Of a stretch of DNA of 64,000 bases, positions 36,545-48,316 are shown piece after piece. The DNA comes from Candidatus Iainarchaeum sp. (GTDB lineage: Archaea; Iainarchaeota; Iainarchaeia; Iainarchaeales; UBA10191), in the NCBI GenBank assembly GCA_030649735.1, contig JAUSFL010000035.1, positions 5,044-69,043 on the forward strand, read 5' to 3'. The notes under the pieces were generated by a model. That model searched no databases. It saw nothing but the letters and a program-made list of their open reading frames with translations, and was not told where the DNA came from. Position 1 is the stretch's first letter, and every line of letters starts with the position of its first letter. Made by a program: the position numbers and the translations under genes.

Positions 36545-37819
36545 TTAGTTTTTATTATTTGTAGCCGCAAGGATTTCTCTGGAAATTATCTCATCCTCGT
36601 GGCTTCGAGTTTTTTTTGCGACAAAAATACTGATTGAGCTCAAAATTATCGAGAAAGTGATCACTGCGTAAGTGATGCTGGCGATTTGATCTGAGTGAGG
36701 AACGCCCTCAATTACAAGGATTTGCGCAATTGCAGCGGCAGCCAAACCGCGTGCAAATACTGAGCCAACAATTTTCTGCTCAAAGGAAGTGAAGTCTTTT
36801 GCAAAAATCATGGACAAACGCCTTGCAAACATCAGAATAATTGCAATAATGAGGCCTAATGCCAAAATGAAATAGTCTGAAAGATTAATCAAGATTCCAA
36901 TGTAAACAAAAAAGAAAGTCTTCAGGAAGAATGAAATCTGCGCGTAAAAGAACTCTTCATTTTGCGAGACTGCAGCAACTCCGTAATCTCCATTCACTGC
37001 CTTTTGCCTGTCTATTTTCGGGTTTACAATCTCTGAAAATAAGGAAGTCAGCTGTTTTGAATTGCGCAAAACCAGCCCCAAGCACAAGCCAGCAATGACG
37101 CCATTGCCGTTCAATGATTCAGCAATCACAAAGACTAAAATAAGGTATGCAATTGTAATGAGGTAATGCTTTGATTCCTTGAAAACCTTTTGAACCAAGA
37201 AAATCCAGAAAATTCCTGCAACAATTCCAATTGCTGCAGCGACTGAAAATAAAATCAAAAGATTGCTTGCCAAGACCTGAAAGTTGAAAGCGTTGATTTT
37301 GACTGCTTCAACAACAGCCAATGCCATAACTATGCACAATACATCAGTGAAAGCAGATTCTAAAGCCAAAACAGAGTATGCTTTTCCTTGAATGTTCAAC
37401 TGCTTGAGCAATGGAATCACAAACGCAGAGGAAATTTCGCCCAAAATCACTCCAGCAAGCAATGCGGTGAAAAAATCAAAGCCCGCGAGGACCAAAACTA
37501 TTGTGATTAAAGCCATGGAAAGTAAAAAATTGAACAAGGTGATTTGCAGGCTTTTCAAGACGCCTTTTGCGAGTGAAGATAGGTCAATGCTGAATGCGCC
37601 GTCAAAAAGCAGGAAGAGCAATGCAAATGTCGTGAACAATGGCGCAATTCCTGCAAAAGAGGCAGGATTTGCGTAACCCAATACAAAAGGTCCTAGAATA
37701 AATCCCAAAATTATCAGGAACAAAATGTCTGGAATTCCGGTTTTTTTGAAAAGGAATTCTGAAAAAGCCCCAAAGAATAAAATTAGGCTTATTCCAAACA
37801 ATATCATTAGAACTTCCAT
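36545..37819 (-). CDS. Cation:proton antiporter (CPA1/NhaP-like)
   Basis: IPD.L.LI..G.ILGP, LFDG, LESAFTD, FFVYIG, RGLAAA. Start set at ATG 37819. Confidence 0.9.
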   Translation of the reverse strand: MEVLMILFGISLILFFGAFSEFLFKKTGIPDILFLIILGFILGPFVLGYANPASFAGIAPLFTTFALLFLLFDGAFSIDLSSLAKGVLKSLQITLFNFLLSMALITIVLVLAGFDFFTALLAGVILGEISSAFVIPLLKQLNIQGKAYSVLALESAFTDVLCIVMALAVVEAVKINAFNFQVLASNLLILFSVAAAIGIVAGIFWIFLVQKVFKESKHYLITIAYLILVFVIAESLNGNGVIAGLCLGLVLRNSKQLTSLFSEIVNPKIDRQKAVNGDYGVAAVSQNEEFFYAQISFFLKTFFFVYIGILINLSDYFILALGLIIAIILMFARRLSMIFAKDFTSFEQKIVGSVFARGLAAAAIAQILVIEGVPHSDQIASITYAVITFSIILSSISIFVAKKTRSHEDEIISREILAATNNKN

Positions 37820-37915
37820 GAAAACCCGTTTTATTGACGGATTTAAAGTTTTTAAGGCTAACATTGCCTTGAAACCAAATAGAGTTTTATAAAAGTAAAG
37901 CTTTTCTTTAGTACA

Positions 37916-40555
37916 ATGATTGAAAGCAGGTTTTTTTCCCAAGGCTTGAGCCATTCGGAGGCAAAAAAGCGTCTTGGAACTTTTGGGCTTAACGAAGTGC
38001 AAGAGGTTTCCCAAGTAAGCCCCCTGCGGATTCTTGCAAGGCAAATAAAAGGAAACTTTCTCATTTACTTGCTTTTTGCCGCAATGATTGTCTCAGCATT
38101 AATTGGGGAAGTAATAACATCAATAGTGATTTTGGCAGTCATTTTTGCTTCTTCAATAATTGGCTTTGTGCAGGAATTCAAGGCAGAAACCGCAATCAAG
38201 GCCTTAAAGAAAATGCTAGTCCCAATCTCACTGGTTGTCAGGGACGGAAAGATTTGTGAAGTTGAAACAAAGGAAATTGTTCCCGGAGACATTATTGTAT
38301 TGAGAACTGGGGAAAAAATCCCCGCAGATTGTGAAATACTTGAAGAAAAAGACCTTTTAATAAATGAATCAATATTGACTGGCGAGTCAAAAGAAATCAA
38401 GAAAACACCTGTTTTGGAAGGCATTAAATCCAGCGAGCAAAATAAGCTTTTTGCAGGAAGCCTGATTACCAGCGGAAAGTGCATTGCAAGGGCACTGCAT
38501 ACTGGAATGAACACTGAATTTGGAAAAATCGCAAGAATGATTTCAACCGCAGAAAAAGCGCATCCTTTGCAGGAAAAATTGAACCTGATTTCGAAACAGG
38601 CTTCAATAATCGCGCTGGTGATGGCTGCGTTGACTTTTGCATTGCTTTTGGCGCAAAACTCGGGCGAAACTGACAAGCAATTCTTGATTCACGCAATGAT
38701 TGTTGCAATAGCAATCGCTGTTTCAGCATTTCCTGAAGGCCTGCCGATTGTTTTGATTACTACCTTGGCTTTAGGCGCTTTCAAGATGGCAAAAAAGAAC
38801 GCGATAGTGAACAGGATTTCAATCATTGAAACATTGGGGGAAACTACTGTCATTTGCAGCGATAAGACTGGGACAATAACCAAGGGAGAAATGACAGTCA
38901 GAGAAGTTTTTTCAGACAATGAACTAATTAAGGTAAGCGGAATTGGCTTCGAGGCTGAAGGAAAATTCACAATAAATGGAAAGAATGCGGATTTGGAGGG
39001 AATTGTTTTTGAGCAATTCTTCAAAACTGCTTTGTTCTGCAATGACGCAAGAATTGAAAGAAAAGGGACAGACAATGAGTATAAAATAATTGGGAGCGCT
39101 ACTGAAGGCGCACTGCTCATAATGGCTGCAAAGGCGCAAAAGTTTATTGAAGACTTGAAGGCTAAGCGAATTGAGGAATTGCCTTTTAATTCTGAAAGGA
39201 AAATAATGAGCGTCTTATGTGCTGAAGGCAATGAAAGTTTTGTTTACGCCAAAGGCGCTCCAGAAATCATTTTAGGAAATTGCGGGTTTTACTCTTCAAA
39301 AGACGGTATTTTAAAGTTTGGTGAAGAAGAAAGAGAAAAAGTCCTTGCTGCAATGCATGAATTTTCTGCAAAAAAGTATCGCGTTTTGGCATTGGCTTTC
39401 AAAGAACAAAAAAGAGGCGTGCTGGAAATTTCCGAAAAAAACATGGTTTTTGCTGGCTTAGTTGCAATGGAAGACCCGCCAAGGGAAGAGGTAAAAGCTG
39501 CTTTGGAAACCTGCAAAATTGCAGGCATTAATGTAAAAATGATCACTGGAGACAATAAAGAAACTGCCTTGGAGATTGGAAAAGAAATAGGCCTTTTTGG
39601 AGATGTATTATCTGGAGAAGAAATGGACAATCTAACTGATGAAGAACTCTCAAAAATTGTCGGCGGGGTTTCATTTTTTGTGAGAGTGAGGCCAGAACAT
39701 AAGCTCAAAATCATCAAGGCATTGAAAACTAATGGGGAAGTTGTTGCAATGACTGGTGACGGAGTAAATGATGCTCCGGCCTTGAAAGAAGCGCATATAG
39801 GAATTGCAATGGGAAAGAATGGGACTGATGTTTCAAGGGAGGCCGCGGACATTGTTTTAAAGGACGACAATTTTGCAACAATTGTAAAGGCAATTTCTGA
39901 AGGTCGGACAATCTTTCTCAACATTAGAAAGTTTGTTTCATACCAGCTTTCATGCAATTTTGCAGAATTATTGATAATATTTTTGGGAATTCTTTTAGGT
40001 CTGCCTCTGCCCTTGCTTGCTTTACAGATTTTATTCATGAATTTAGTTACTGATGACCTGCCTGCTCTGACATTGGGGTTTAATCCTGCTTCAAGGGACA
40101 CAATGCGCTCAAAGCCAAGGAAGAACTCATCAATTTTAACTCCCCAATTAATTGCATTTTTCCTGATTACTGGCGTAATAATGGTCATTGGCTCATTAGG
40201 TGTCTTTTATTATGCATTGAATGTATTAAAACTTGATTTAACAACAGCAAGGACAATGACCTTGGCAACATTGATTCTTTTGGAAATAGCAAATGCATTC
40301 AACTTCAGGTCTTTCAGAAGGTTGTTTTCCAAAACAAATATTCTTTCAAACAAGTCATTGGTTTACGCGTCAATAATCTCGATTATCGCTACACTCTTAG
40401 TTTTTTACACGCCATTAAATCAGGTTTTTGGGACAATTGGCCTAAGCATTGGGCAGTGGATTTTGCCAATATTTGTTTCGGTTGGCATTGTTTTGATTGT
40501 TGACTTAATAAAGGCATTGAACAGGAAGAAAAAGTTCTTCCCAGAATTGCTTTAG
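37916..40555 (+). CDS. P-type cation (Ca2+-like, type IIA) transporting ATPase
   Basis: TGES, PEGL, DKTGT, KGAPE, MITGD, GDGVNDAP, NLVTD. Confidence 0.95.
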   Translation: MIESRFFSQGLSHSEAKKRLGTFGLNEVQEVSQVSPLRILARQIKGNFLIYLLFAAMIVSALIGEVITSIVILAVIFASSIIGFVQEFKAETAIKALKKMLVPISLVVRDGKICEVETKEIVPGDIIVLRTGEKIPADCEILEEKDLLINESILTGESKEIKKTPVLEGIKSSEQNKLFAGSLITSGKCIARALHTGMNTEFGKIARMISTAEKAHPLQEKLNLISKQASIIALVMAALTFALLLAQNSGETDKQFLIHAMIVAIAIAVSAFPEGLPIVLITTLALGAFKMAKKNAIVNRISIIETLGETTVICSDKTGTITKGEMTVREVFSDNELIKVSGIGFEAEGKFTINGKNADLEGIVFEQFFKTALFCNDARIERKGTDNEYKIIGSATEGALLIMAAKAQKFIEDLKAKRIEELPFNSERKIMSVLCAEGNESFVYAKGAPEIILGNCGFYSSKDGILKFGEEEREKVLAAMHEFSAKKYRVLALAFKEQKRGVLEISEKNMVFAGLVAMEDPPREEVKAALETCKIAGINVKMITGDNKETALEIGKEIGLFGDVLSGEEMDNLTDEELSKIVGGVSFFVRVRPEHKLKIIKALKTNGEVVAMTGDGVNDAPALKEAHIGIAMGKNGTDVSREAADIVLKDDNFATIVKAISEGRTIFLNIRKFVSYQLSCNFAELLIIFLGILLGLPLPLLALQILFMNLVTDDLPALTLGFNPASRDTMRSKPRKNSSILTPQLIAFFLITGVIMVIGSLGVFYYALNVLKLDLTTARTMTLATLILLEIANAFNFRSFRRLFSKTNILSNKSLVYASIISIIATLLVFYTPLNQVFGTIGLSIGQWILPIFVSVGIVLIVDLIKALNRKKKFFPELL

Positions 40556-40609
40556 TCATTCATATAACTAGTGGGTTTCTTTTTTATAAATTTCTCACAT
40601 TATTGAAGT

Positions 40610-41161
40610 ATGGTCAAGACAATCTTGAAAAAAACCTTGAAAAAATCAAAGGCTTCCAGTTTTTTGCCAAAGTTTGCTAACGCTGATAAGGCAATTGAGG
40701 AAATTAGCGAGCATTTTGGGACTGTCAAGTGGAGTCTGAAGAGAATTATTCTGCCATTGGCTGTTTTTTATATCCTTGTTGGGGTCTTTTTCCAAGAGCA
40801 CATTTTAGGGGCATTATTCGCTGCACTAATGGTCTTTCTTTACACTAATTTTCTTCCAGACCTTGACGCTTTTTTTCAGCACGGGAAAGGCGGAAAGAAA
40901 GCAAATTGGTTTGAGAAAAGGATTGCCTTGTTTTTCACTCCACTAATGATTTATTACATTCTTTCAGAAAAGGCAAGGCCTTTGGATTTGGGGGAAAACA
41001 AGCCGTTTCATAATCGCAGGGCGTTGGTAGAGTTCACGATTTTCTTGTTTGCTTTTGGCTTGATAATTTATTTTTCTCCAATCAAGGCGGCCTTTCTTGC
41101 ATTGTTTGGGTTTCTGGGATTTTTTACGCACTTGGTTGTAGACAAGCAAATGGCGCTTTAA
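40610..41161 (+). CDS. Membrane protein, putative metal-dependent hydrolase
   Basis: TM helices with LPDLD, FHN and THLVVD motifs. Confidence 0.6.
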   Translation: MVKTILKKTLKKSKASSFLPKFANADKAIEEISEHFGTVKWSLKRIILPLAVFYILVGVFFQEHILGALFAALMVFLYTNFLPDLDAFFQHGKGGKKANWFEKRIALFFTPLMIYYILSEKARPLDLGENKPFHNRRALVEFTIFLFAFGLIIYFSPIKAAFLALFGFLGFFTHLVVDKQMAL

Positions 41162-41163
41162 AT

Positions 41164-41838
41164 TTATTTTTCTTTTCCACCAATCCTTGCCTTTGCTGAA
41201 ATTATTGCCTGATTAAATGCGCTTGTTGTTTCACTGCCGAAAACCTTGCATTTTCTTTTTAGGATTGCCTTGCGAAGTTCTTCCTTGTTTTTTGCATTGC
41301 ATTCAACTCCAGCAAGCCCAATTTCTCCCAAAGAATGCGCATCGCTTCCTGCAGTGAAAGGAAACTTGTGCTTTTCAATAAAACTTGCGGCTTTTTCATT
41401 TACTTCCTTATCGCATGCCCGGCCATTGAAGACTTCAATTGCGTCAACTTTCCTGAATTCTTTCCCCAAGTCTTTTGCAAATCCCGCCCTTCGAATGTCG
41501 AAAGGATGTGCAATGCTGGTTAAAGCATCTTGTTCTTTTGCAGAATCAAGAATTTCTCCAAAGCTTGCCGGCTTTATTTCTTCCTGCAGGAAATAGCACA
41601 GTAATTCTCCGGCGCATTTCTCATTTTCAATGATTTTTACTTCTTCCCCGAGCACAATCAGCAATTTTCTGTTTTGCTTTTGCAGTTTTTTGAATTCTGC
41701 AAAAGCTGCTGTGGAATTGTGGTCTGTTATTGCAAAGCCGGCAAGCCCTTGCTTTAAAGCCTGCTTTGCAATGCTTTCTGGCTTTGGAAGCGCGTCTGCA
41801 GAATGCAATGAATGCAAATGAAGGTCAAATTTTCCCAT
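41164..41838 (-). CDS. PHP domain phosphoesterase
   Basis: DLHLHS, ITDHN, GEE, AHPF, E.FN, GSDAH. Confidence 0.9.
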   Translation of the reverse strand: MGKFDLHLHSLHSADALPKPESIAKQALKQGLAGFAITDHNSTAAFAEFKKLQKQNRKLLIVLGEEVKIIENEKCAGELLCYFLQEEIKPASFGEILDSAKEQDALTSIAHPFDIRRAGFAKDLGKEFRKVDAIEVFNGRACDKEVNEKAASFIEKHKFPFTAGSDAHSLGEIGLAGVECNAKNKEELRKAILKRKCKVFGSETTSAFNQAIISAKARIGGKEK

Positions 41839-41876
41839 ACTAAAGAATTAAAAACTTGGATTTTATAAATTATCCC

Positions 41877-42533
41877 ATGCTTGGCGGAAAATTCAGGAAT
41901 TCCTTGAAAAAATTATTCCTTGCAGTGACAAGGCCATTGGCTGCATTGCCAATCACTCCAAACCAGTTCACTGCATTGTCAATTCCAATCGCTGCAATTG
42001 CCGCGTACTTTTTGTATTTGCAAAATCTTCCGCTTGCATTATTGTTCATTATTTTGGCAATTTTGGTTGATGTCTTGGATGGAAGCTTTGCAGCCAACAA
42101 GAAAATGAAGTCTAATTTCGGGAATTATTTTGACGCGATAGTTGACAAGGTTGTAGAATGCATTTTTTACATCGGCTTTGCTTTCATTTCGCCAATTTTT
42201 GCAATCCTCGCGCTTGCAGGCACAATGCTCGAAAGCTATGCAAAGCCGCGCGTAGGGCTTGTGATAATCACTGACAATCACGACTGGCCCGCAATTGGAG
42301 AAAGGTCTGACAGGCTTTTGGTTTTAGTGATTGGAATTCTGGCGGCAATAATTGTCTCAAAGCTTTTGCTTTTCAAGTACGCTGTTTCAATAATTGACGC
42401 CACTTTACTCTTGATTTTCCTCCTGACTGTCTGGGGATTTGCGCAAAGAGTCTCTTACGCAAAAAGCTTGATTCAAAAGGCCGAGAAGAAAAAACTGCTT
42501 TTGCCTTACTTGAAAGCCAAAGGAAAACATTAG
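41877..42533 (+). CDS. CDP-alcohol phosphatidyltransferase (archaetidylinositol phosphate synthase-like)
   Basis: ITPN..T, DVLDG..A...S.FG.YFD.IVDK, SY.K.R, ER.DR. Confidence 0.88.
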   Translation: MLGGKFRNSLKKLFLAVTRPLAALPITPNQFTALSIPIAAIAAYFLYLQNLPLALLFIILAILVDVLDGSFAANKKMKSNFGNYFDAIVDKVVECIFYIGFAFISPIFAILALAGTMLESYAKPRVGLVIITDNHDWPAIGERSDRLLVLVIGILAAIIVSKLLLFKYAVSIIDATLLLIFLLTVWGFAQRVSYAKSLIQKAEKKKLLLPYLKAKGKH

Positions 42534-43060
42534 CCAAACCCAAAGAGCCTTGCAATAAGCCCGATTCCCCAAACCACGAGCGCCATCACCAAGTAATATC
42601 TCGCGATCTTTGCAATCAGTGCCGTGAGAAAAAACTTCAAGGGATTCATTTTCATGATTCCACACATTATTCCCACAAAGTCTATTGGCAATGGAATTAC
42701 AAAGAGAATAAATTCTGCAATTGGGCCTTTGGCGTTAATCTCTCTCCTGACTTTTTGCAAAAGCTTGCTCTTGCTTTTTTCAACTTTTCCAGAAAGCCAC
42801 TTGCTTTTCCACCCAGCGTAAAAAATAATCATTTCCCCAATTGCCGCCCCGCTTCCAGCGGCAAGGGCAATTATCAAAGGGTCTATTCTTGTCGAATAAT
42901 AGAATGCAATCAGCAGGATTTCCATTGGAATTCCAAAAAACACTGTCGCGTTCAGCGCTATTGCCGTGGCGAAAATTCCCAAAAGCCCGAATTGCGCGAT
43001 TGTTGAAGCGCCTGTTGTTGAAAACCAGCTCAAAAAACCGCTTAGAATGTCTGATGCCAT
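42530..43060 (-). CDS. VTT/SNARE-associated (DedA-like) membrane protein
   Basis: G.GAAIGE...FYAG, PLPIDFVGIMCG, AKIARY. Confidence 0.8.
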   Translation of the reverse strand: MASDILSGFLSWFSTTGASTIAQFGLLGIFATAIALNATVFFGIPMEILLIAFYYSTRIDPLIIALAAGSGAAIGEMIIFYAGWKSKWLSGKVEKSKSKLLQKVRREINAKGPIAEFILFVIPLPIDFVGIMCGIMKMNPLKFFLTALIAKIARYYLVMALVVWGIGLIARLFGFG

Positions 43061-43117
43061 GCTTATATTGAAAAAGGCTTGAATTGTTTTTAAACTAATC
43101 CTTCATTCTAATAATTT

Positions 43118-43390
43118 ATGGCATGCAATTATGCATTCTTGAACAAGGCCTATTTTACCTTGCTGTTGGCCGGCATTCTGGTTTTTGCTGTCTCTGCAGC
43201 GGCTTTTTTTGCAATGCAAAATCTTTTTTTCCCATTTCTTGCGTTGGCGTTTGTTTTGGTTCTTGCAGGCATAATTTGCAAAATCCTTGTGTGGTATAAT
43301 GTTTACTCTGAAGTCGTGACAAAGGAAGAGTTCAAGAGAGTCACTGCGTCAGGTAATATTTTCAGGAAGCATTCCAAAAGGGGGCAGTAG
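43118..43390 (+). CDS. Small two-TM hypothetical protein
   Basis: Two hydrophobic segments; abuts sod. Confidence 0.5.
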   Translation: MACNYAFLNKAYFTLLLAGILVFAVSAAAFFAMQNLFFPFLALAFVLVLAGIICKILVWYNVYSEVVTKEEFKRVTASGNIFRKHSKRGQ

Positions 43391-43391
43391 C

Positions 43392-43958
43392 ATGGCTTTT
43401 GAAGCGAAGAATTTTGAAAATCTTTTAGGACTGAAAGGATTCAGCGATACTTTGTTGAAAAACCATTTTACCCTATACCAAGGCTATGTGGCGAATGTAA
43501 ACAAGTTGTTGGATTTATTGGATACTAAAGAACCTGGAACTTTGGAATATTCTGAATTGCAGAGGCGTTTTGCTTGGGAATGGAATGGAATGAGGCTGCA
43601 CGAGTTATATTTTGAGAATTTGACAAAAAAGCAGAATCAACTTAATGACGGCAAGTTAATGAAAGAGATTGAGCGAATTTACGGCAGTTTTGAAGCTTGG
43701 GAGAAAAACTTTGCGGCTGTGGGATCCATGCGCGGAATTGGATGGGTTGTTTTGTATTATGATGAGGAATCTAAAGAATTATTCAACATTTGGGTCAATG
43801 AGCACGACACAGGGCATTTGGCTGGCTGCAATCCATTGCTTGTAATGGATGTTTTCGAGCACGCTTTCATGATTGATTACGGATTGAAGCGCGCTGATTA
43901 CATTGCGGCTTTCTTTAATGCCATTGATTGGCTTGCTGTCGAAAAAAGAATGGTTTAA
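43392..43958 (+). CDS. sod: Fe/Mn superoxide dismutase
   Basis: H..LY.GYV, HELYF, G.GW, DVFEHAF..DY. Confidence 0.92.
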   Translation: MAFEAKNFENLLGLKGFSDTLLKNHFTLYQGYVANVNKLLDLLDTKEPGTLEYSELQRRFAWEWNGMRLHELYFENLTKKQNQLNDGKLMKEIERIYGSFEAWEKNFAAVGSMRGIGWVVLYYDEESKELFNIWVNEHDTGHLAGCNPLLVMDVFEHAFMIDYGLKRADYIAAFFNAIDWLAVEKRMV

Positions 43959-43982
43959 AAACAGGGAATTCTTTCTTTAACC

Positions 43983-44861
43983 ATGCCAAAGCATTCAAGC
44001 CAGGAATTCAAGGGAATGGTTTTGGATTTCCAAAAGCACGAGCTTACTGCGCATTTTGTTTATGCGAATTTGGCAAGGCGCGCTGCTGGAAAAAACCGGT
44101 CGGTTTTGAAAAGAATTTCAAAGACAGAATTGGAGCACCATAATTTTTGGAAGTCTCTTTCAAAAGCCAGTGTTCGGCCTGACTCTTTCGCGATTTTCAG
44201 GCATAATTTGCTTTCAAGAATTTTTGGATTGACTTTTGCGTTAAAGCTTCTGGAAAAAATGGAGCTTGCAGGAGAGCGAAAATATTCCAAGCTGATTAAT
44301 TCTCTCCCGAAGCTAAAGAAAGGCCTTGAACTTGAAGAGGCTGAAGAATTGAAGCTTTTGCGCACTCTTTCTGAAGAGCGCTTGGAGTACGTTGGATCCA
44401 TAATGCTTGGAATTGGCGATGCTGTTGTAGAATTCACTGGGACTCTCTCTGGACTGGCGTTTGCATTGAACAACACGAAATTGATTGGCCTTGCTGGAAT
44501 GATTGGCGGAATTGCCGCTTCACTGTCAATGGCTTCTTCAGAATACTTGTCAAAAAAGTCTGAAGGCTCTTTGAAAAAAAACCCTTTAAAAGCGGGAATT
44601 TACACTGGCGTTGCATACTTTGTGGTTGTTTCACTGCTGGTTTTGCCTAACTTTCTTTTTGAAAACGCAGTGATTGCGCTTGCAGGCACGATAATAAACG
44701 CGATTTTGGTGATTGTGGTTTTCACTTACTTTGTTTCAGTGACTCGGGAAGATTCTTTCAAAAAACGCCTGGCTGAAACCTTGCTTGTGAGCTTTGGGAT
44801 TGCAGTCATTTCTTTCCTGATTGGAATTGCGCTAAAGGCTTTCTTGAATGTCAGAGTCTGA
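43983..44861 (+). CDS. VIT1/CCC1 iron exporter with N-terminal ferritin/rubrerythrin-like domain
   Basis: ExxH motifs; LG..D..VE..G, SMASSEYLS. Confidence 0.88.
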   Translation: MPKHSSQEFKGMVLDFQKHELTAHFVYANLARRAAGKNRSVLKRISKTELEHHNFWKSLSKASVRPDSFAIFRHNLLSRIFGLTFALKLLEKMELAGERKYSKLINSLPKLKKGLELEEAEELKLLRTLSEERLEYVGSIMLGIGDAVVEFTGTLSGLAFALNNTKLIGLAGMIGGIAASLSMASSEYLSKKSEGSLKKNPLKAGIYTGVAYFVVVSLLVLPNFLFENAVIALAGTIINAILVIVVFTYFVSVTREDSFKKRLAETLLVSFGIAVISFLIGIALKAFLNVRV

Positions 44862-44917
44862 AATCAAGGCTTCAAAAACCCAAGAAAGTATAAATAGTAC
44901 TTGCGCTCATAATTTAG

Positions 44918-46335
<1,418 letters not shown>

Positions 46336-46391
46336 CCCGCAAATTTAAATATCGGCTTTGCGTTATTAGTTTACAAAATTAAGGGTGATTT

Positions 46392-46838
46392 TTGAAAATG
46401 CCTGGTTTAAGACAAAGAAGCATGTTGCAGCGCGGATCTCACAAGAATTTAGCGCCTCAAAGAAAGCGCATTATAATGCAAAATTTGGGTTTGACTCCAA
46501 GCCAGTACAGAAAGCAAAGTTTGGCCCACAAGCTGTCTGTTTTGGGAAAAGTAAACGGCGGTACTGGGATGGGAGTCAGGGCAAGGGCTTTACTTAATGC
46601 CGGAAAATCAGCAAGCAATGCTGGCGCTTTCAAGTGGAAGGCAAACTTAAGCATGGATAGCTCTACTTTTCAGTTTAAACGGCCTGGGCATTCAAGTCAT
46701 GGAAAAATAGCGCATCACGGCGAAGGCCCTGTAAGGTATGGGACTGCAAAGGCAGTGAAGGGCAAGTCAAGGGCTGCAAAGGCCGGAACTCAAGGCGCGT
46801 TTCCTGGAAGAGAAGCCAGAAAACAAAAAAAGAAATGA
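46392..46838 (+). CDS. Highly basic hypothetical protein
   Basis: GGGTGA SD, TTTAAATA upstream; K/R/G-rich, almost no acidic residues. Confidence 0.55.
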   Translation: MKMPGLRQRSMLQRGSHKNLAPQRKRIIMQNLGLTPSQYRKQSLAHKLSVLGKVNGGTGMGVRARALLNAGKSASNAGAFKWKANLSMDSSTFQFKRPGHSSHGKIAHHGEGPVRYGTAKAVKGKSRAAKAGTQGAFPGREARKQKKK

Positions 46839-46847
46839 TTAATGCCA

Positions 46848-47138
46848 TCAAATGGGTTTCCAGAATTTCAGTTTTTCCGCTTTTTTAAAAAGCAATAGCA
46901 GCAAGTCCTTGTCGTAATCATCGGCAATGTGCCGCAAATATTCAGCGACTCCGTCTTTTCCAAACTTTTTTTCAATGACTGGCAAAAATTTTTGAATATT
47001 GGTTATTTTGTGCCTTTCAATTCTTTCGGCAATGCTTAATTGCCTGCCGTCAAGCCATTCGTGGACTTTTTGGAATTCTTTTCCTGTTCTTCTCTTGCTT
47101 AGCTCAATGTGCTTTTCAAGGCTTGGCATTTTATTCAA
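46848..47138 (-). CDS. Small hypothetical protein with His/Asp putative metal ligands
   Basis: H...VHEWLD...RH...HIADD. Confidence 0.55.
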   Translation of the reverse strand: MNKMPSLEKHIELSKRRTGKEFQKVHEWLDGRQLSIAERIERHKITNIQKFLPVIEKKFGKDGVAEYLRHIADDYDKDLLLLLFKKAEKLKFWKPI

Positions 47139-47322
47139 CTTTTATTGCGTTCACTGGGCAGGAGTTTTCGGCAGCCTTGTTTTTTGCAAGCTCTTTTTCT
47201 GAAATTATCATTTTTTTTGCTTTTGCCTTGTCTCCGTCCATTATGAAATTGTCGCATAGTGCAGTGCATGCCGCGCAGCCAATGCATGCTTCCTTGTCAA
47301 TGGTTACCTTGTATTTTCTCAT
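47131..47322 (-). CDS. Ferredoxin (single cluster)
   Basis: CIGCAAC...C and CPVNAI; GAGG SD before ATG 47322. Confidence 0.9.
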   Translation of the reverse strand: MRKYKVTIDKEACIGCAACTALCDNFIMDGDKAKAKKMIISEKELAKNKAAENSCPVNAIKVE

Positions 47323-47333
47323 TAAATCTCGCC

Positions 47334-48308
47334 TCAAAATGAAGGAGTGAAGCAGCAATAGCCGATTTTATCGCAGGCGTTTTTCATCCTTGCCCAGTTC
47401 TTTGCCTGAATTGCCTGCATTGCCATTGGGTAAAGAATATTGTCTTCCTTGTAAATGTGGTCTGGCAGCTCTTTTGCAATGTAGTCCGCGTTTTTTTTCA
47501 CTTTTTTGACGAATTCCTTAAACTTGATTTTTTTGCCGTTAATTGCAAGATTGAAAAGCGCTTTTTTCCGTGCCTTTAATTCCTCGTGCTCTTCGCGCAT
47601 TATTTCCGGCGGTTCGTTGATTCCTGCTTTTTCCATTTCCGGGAACAGGACTTCTTCTTCCCTTTGGTGGTGCTTGTCTGCTTCAACCAAGTGCTCTGAA
47701 ACGTGCTTTAAGATCTCGATTTCTTTTCCGGCTTGCTCAAAGCCTTTTGCTTTTTCCAATTTTTTAACTGCCTTTTTCATTTTTTCAACAAAGTCCAGGA
47801 TCATTTTGTGCTCTTCCATTAAAGTGTGCAGCAAGTGCCCTGGCTTTAGATTTAGCGCCTTGCCTTCAAGGCTTTCTTTCATTATTTCCAAATGCACGTC
47901 GCAAAGCTTTCTCATGTCTTTTCTTGAGACTCCTTCCTGGATTATTTCTTGTTCTATTAGCCCAAGCTCTGCTGGCGAAAGGCCTTTTAGGAGCTTTTTT
48001 CCCTTTTCTTTTATTTTTTTGGCGTTCTTTCCGGAATGCAGTTCTTTAAGCAGTTCTTTCACCTGCTGTCTTTTGCTGTCTTGTGTTTTTTTTATTTTCA
48101 CAATCCAGTCTTTAGGGCCTTGCTTTTCATAATTCCATTCAAAGCTTCCTTTCATTTCAGCGTCAAACTGGTAATACAGCGGTTTTGGGTCGTGGTCGTT
48201 GATTATGCGCAGGATCTGCCCGCTCTTGAGGCTGTTCCAGTCCTCAAATATTTTTGAATGCCTTTCAAAATGGGGCATTTTCCTCAAGTCCAATTTAATT
48301 CCATTCAT
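47334..48308 (-). CDS. DUF2249 plus DUF438/hemerythrin domain protein
   Basis: INDHDP.PL, LCDVH, EEH, HHQREE, EH, HIYKEDNILYP. Start set at ATG 48308. Confidence 0.85.
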   Translation of the reverse strand: MNGIKLDLRKMPHFERHSKIFEDWNSLKSGQILRIINDHDPKPLYYQFDAEMKGSFEWNYEKQGPKDWIVKIKKTQDSKRQQVKELLKELHSGKNAKKIKEKGKKLLKGLSPAELGLIEQEIIQEGVSRKDMRKLCDVHLEIMKESLEGKALNLKPGHLLHTLMEEHKMILDFVEKMKKAVKKLEKAKGFEQAGKEIEILKHVSEHLVEADKHHQREEEVLFPEMEKAGINEPPEIMREEHEELKARKKALFNLAINGKKIKFKEFVKKVKKNADYIAKELPDHIYKEDNILYPMAMQAIQAKNWARMKNACDKIGYCCFTPSF

Positions 48309-48316
48309 GAGTTCAC

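Noticed and set aside
37820-38044. N-terminal extensions in the ORF track for the antiporter (also porD, the DUF438 protein, the deoxyribosyltransferase)
   Set aside because: They overlap neighbouring genes or promoters; downstream ATGs match family N-termini.
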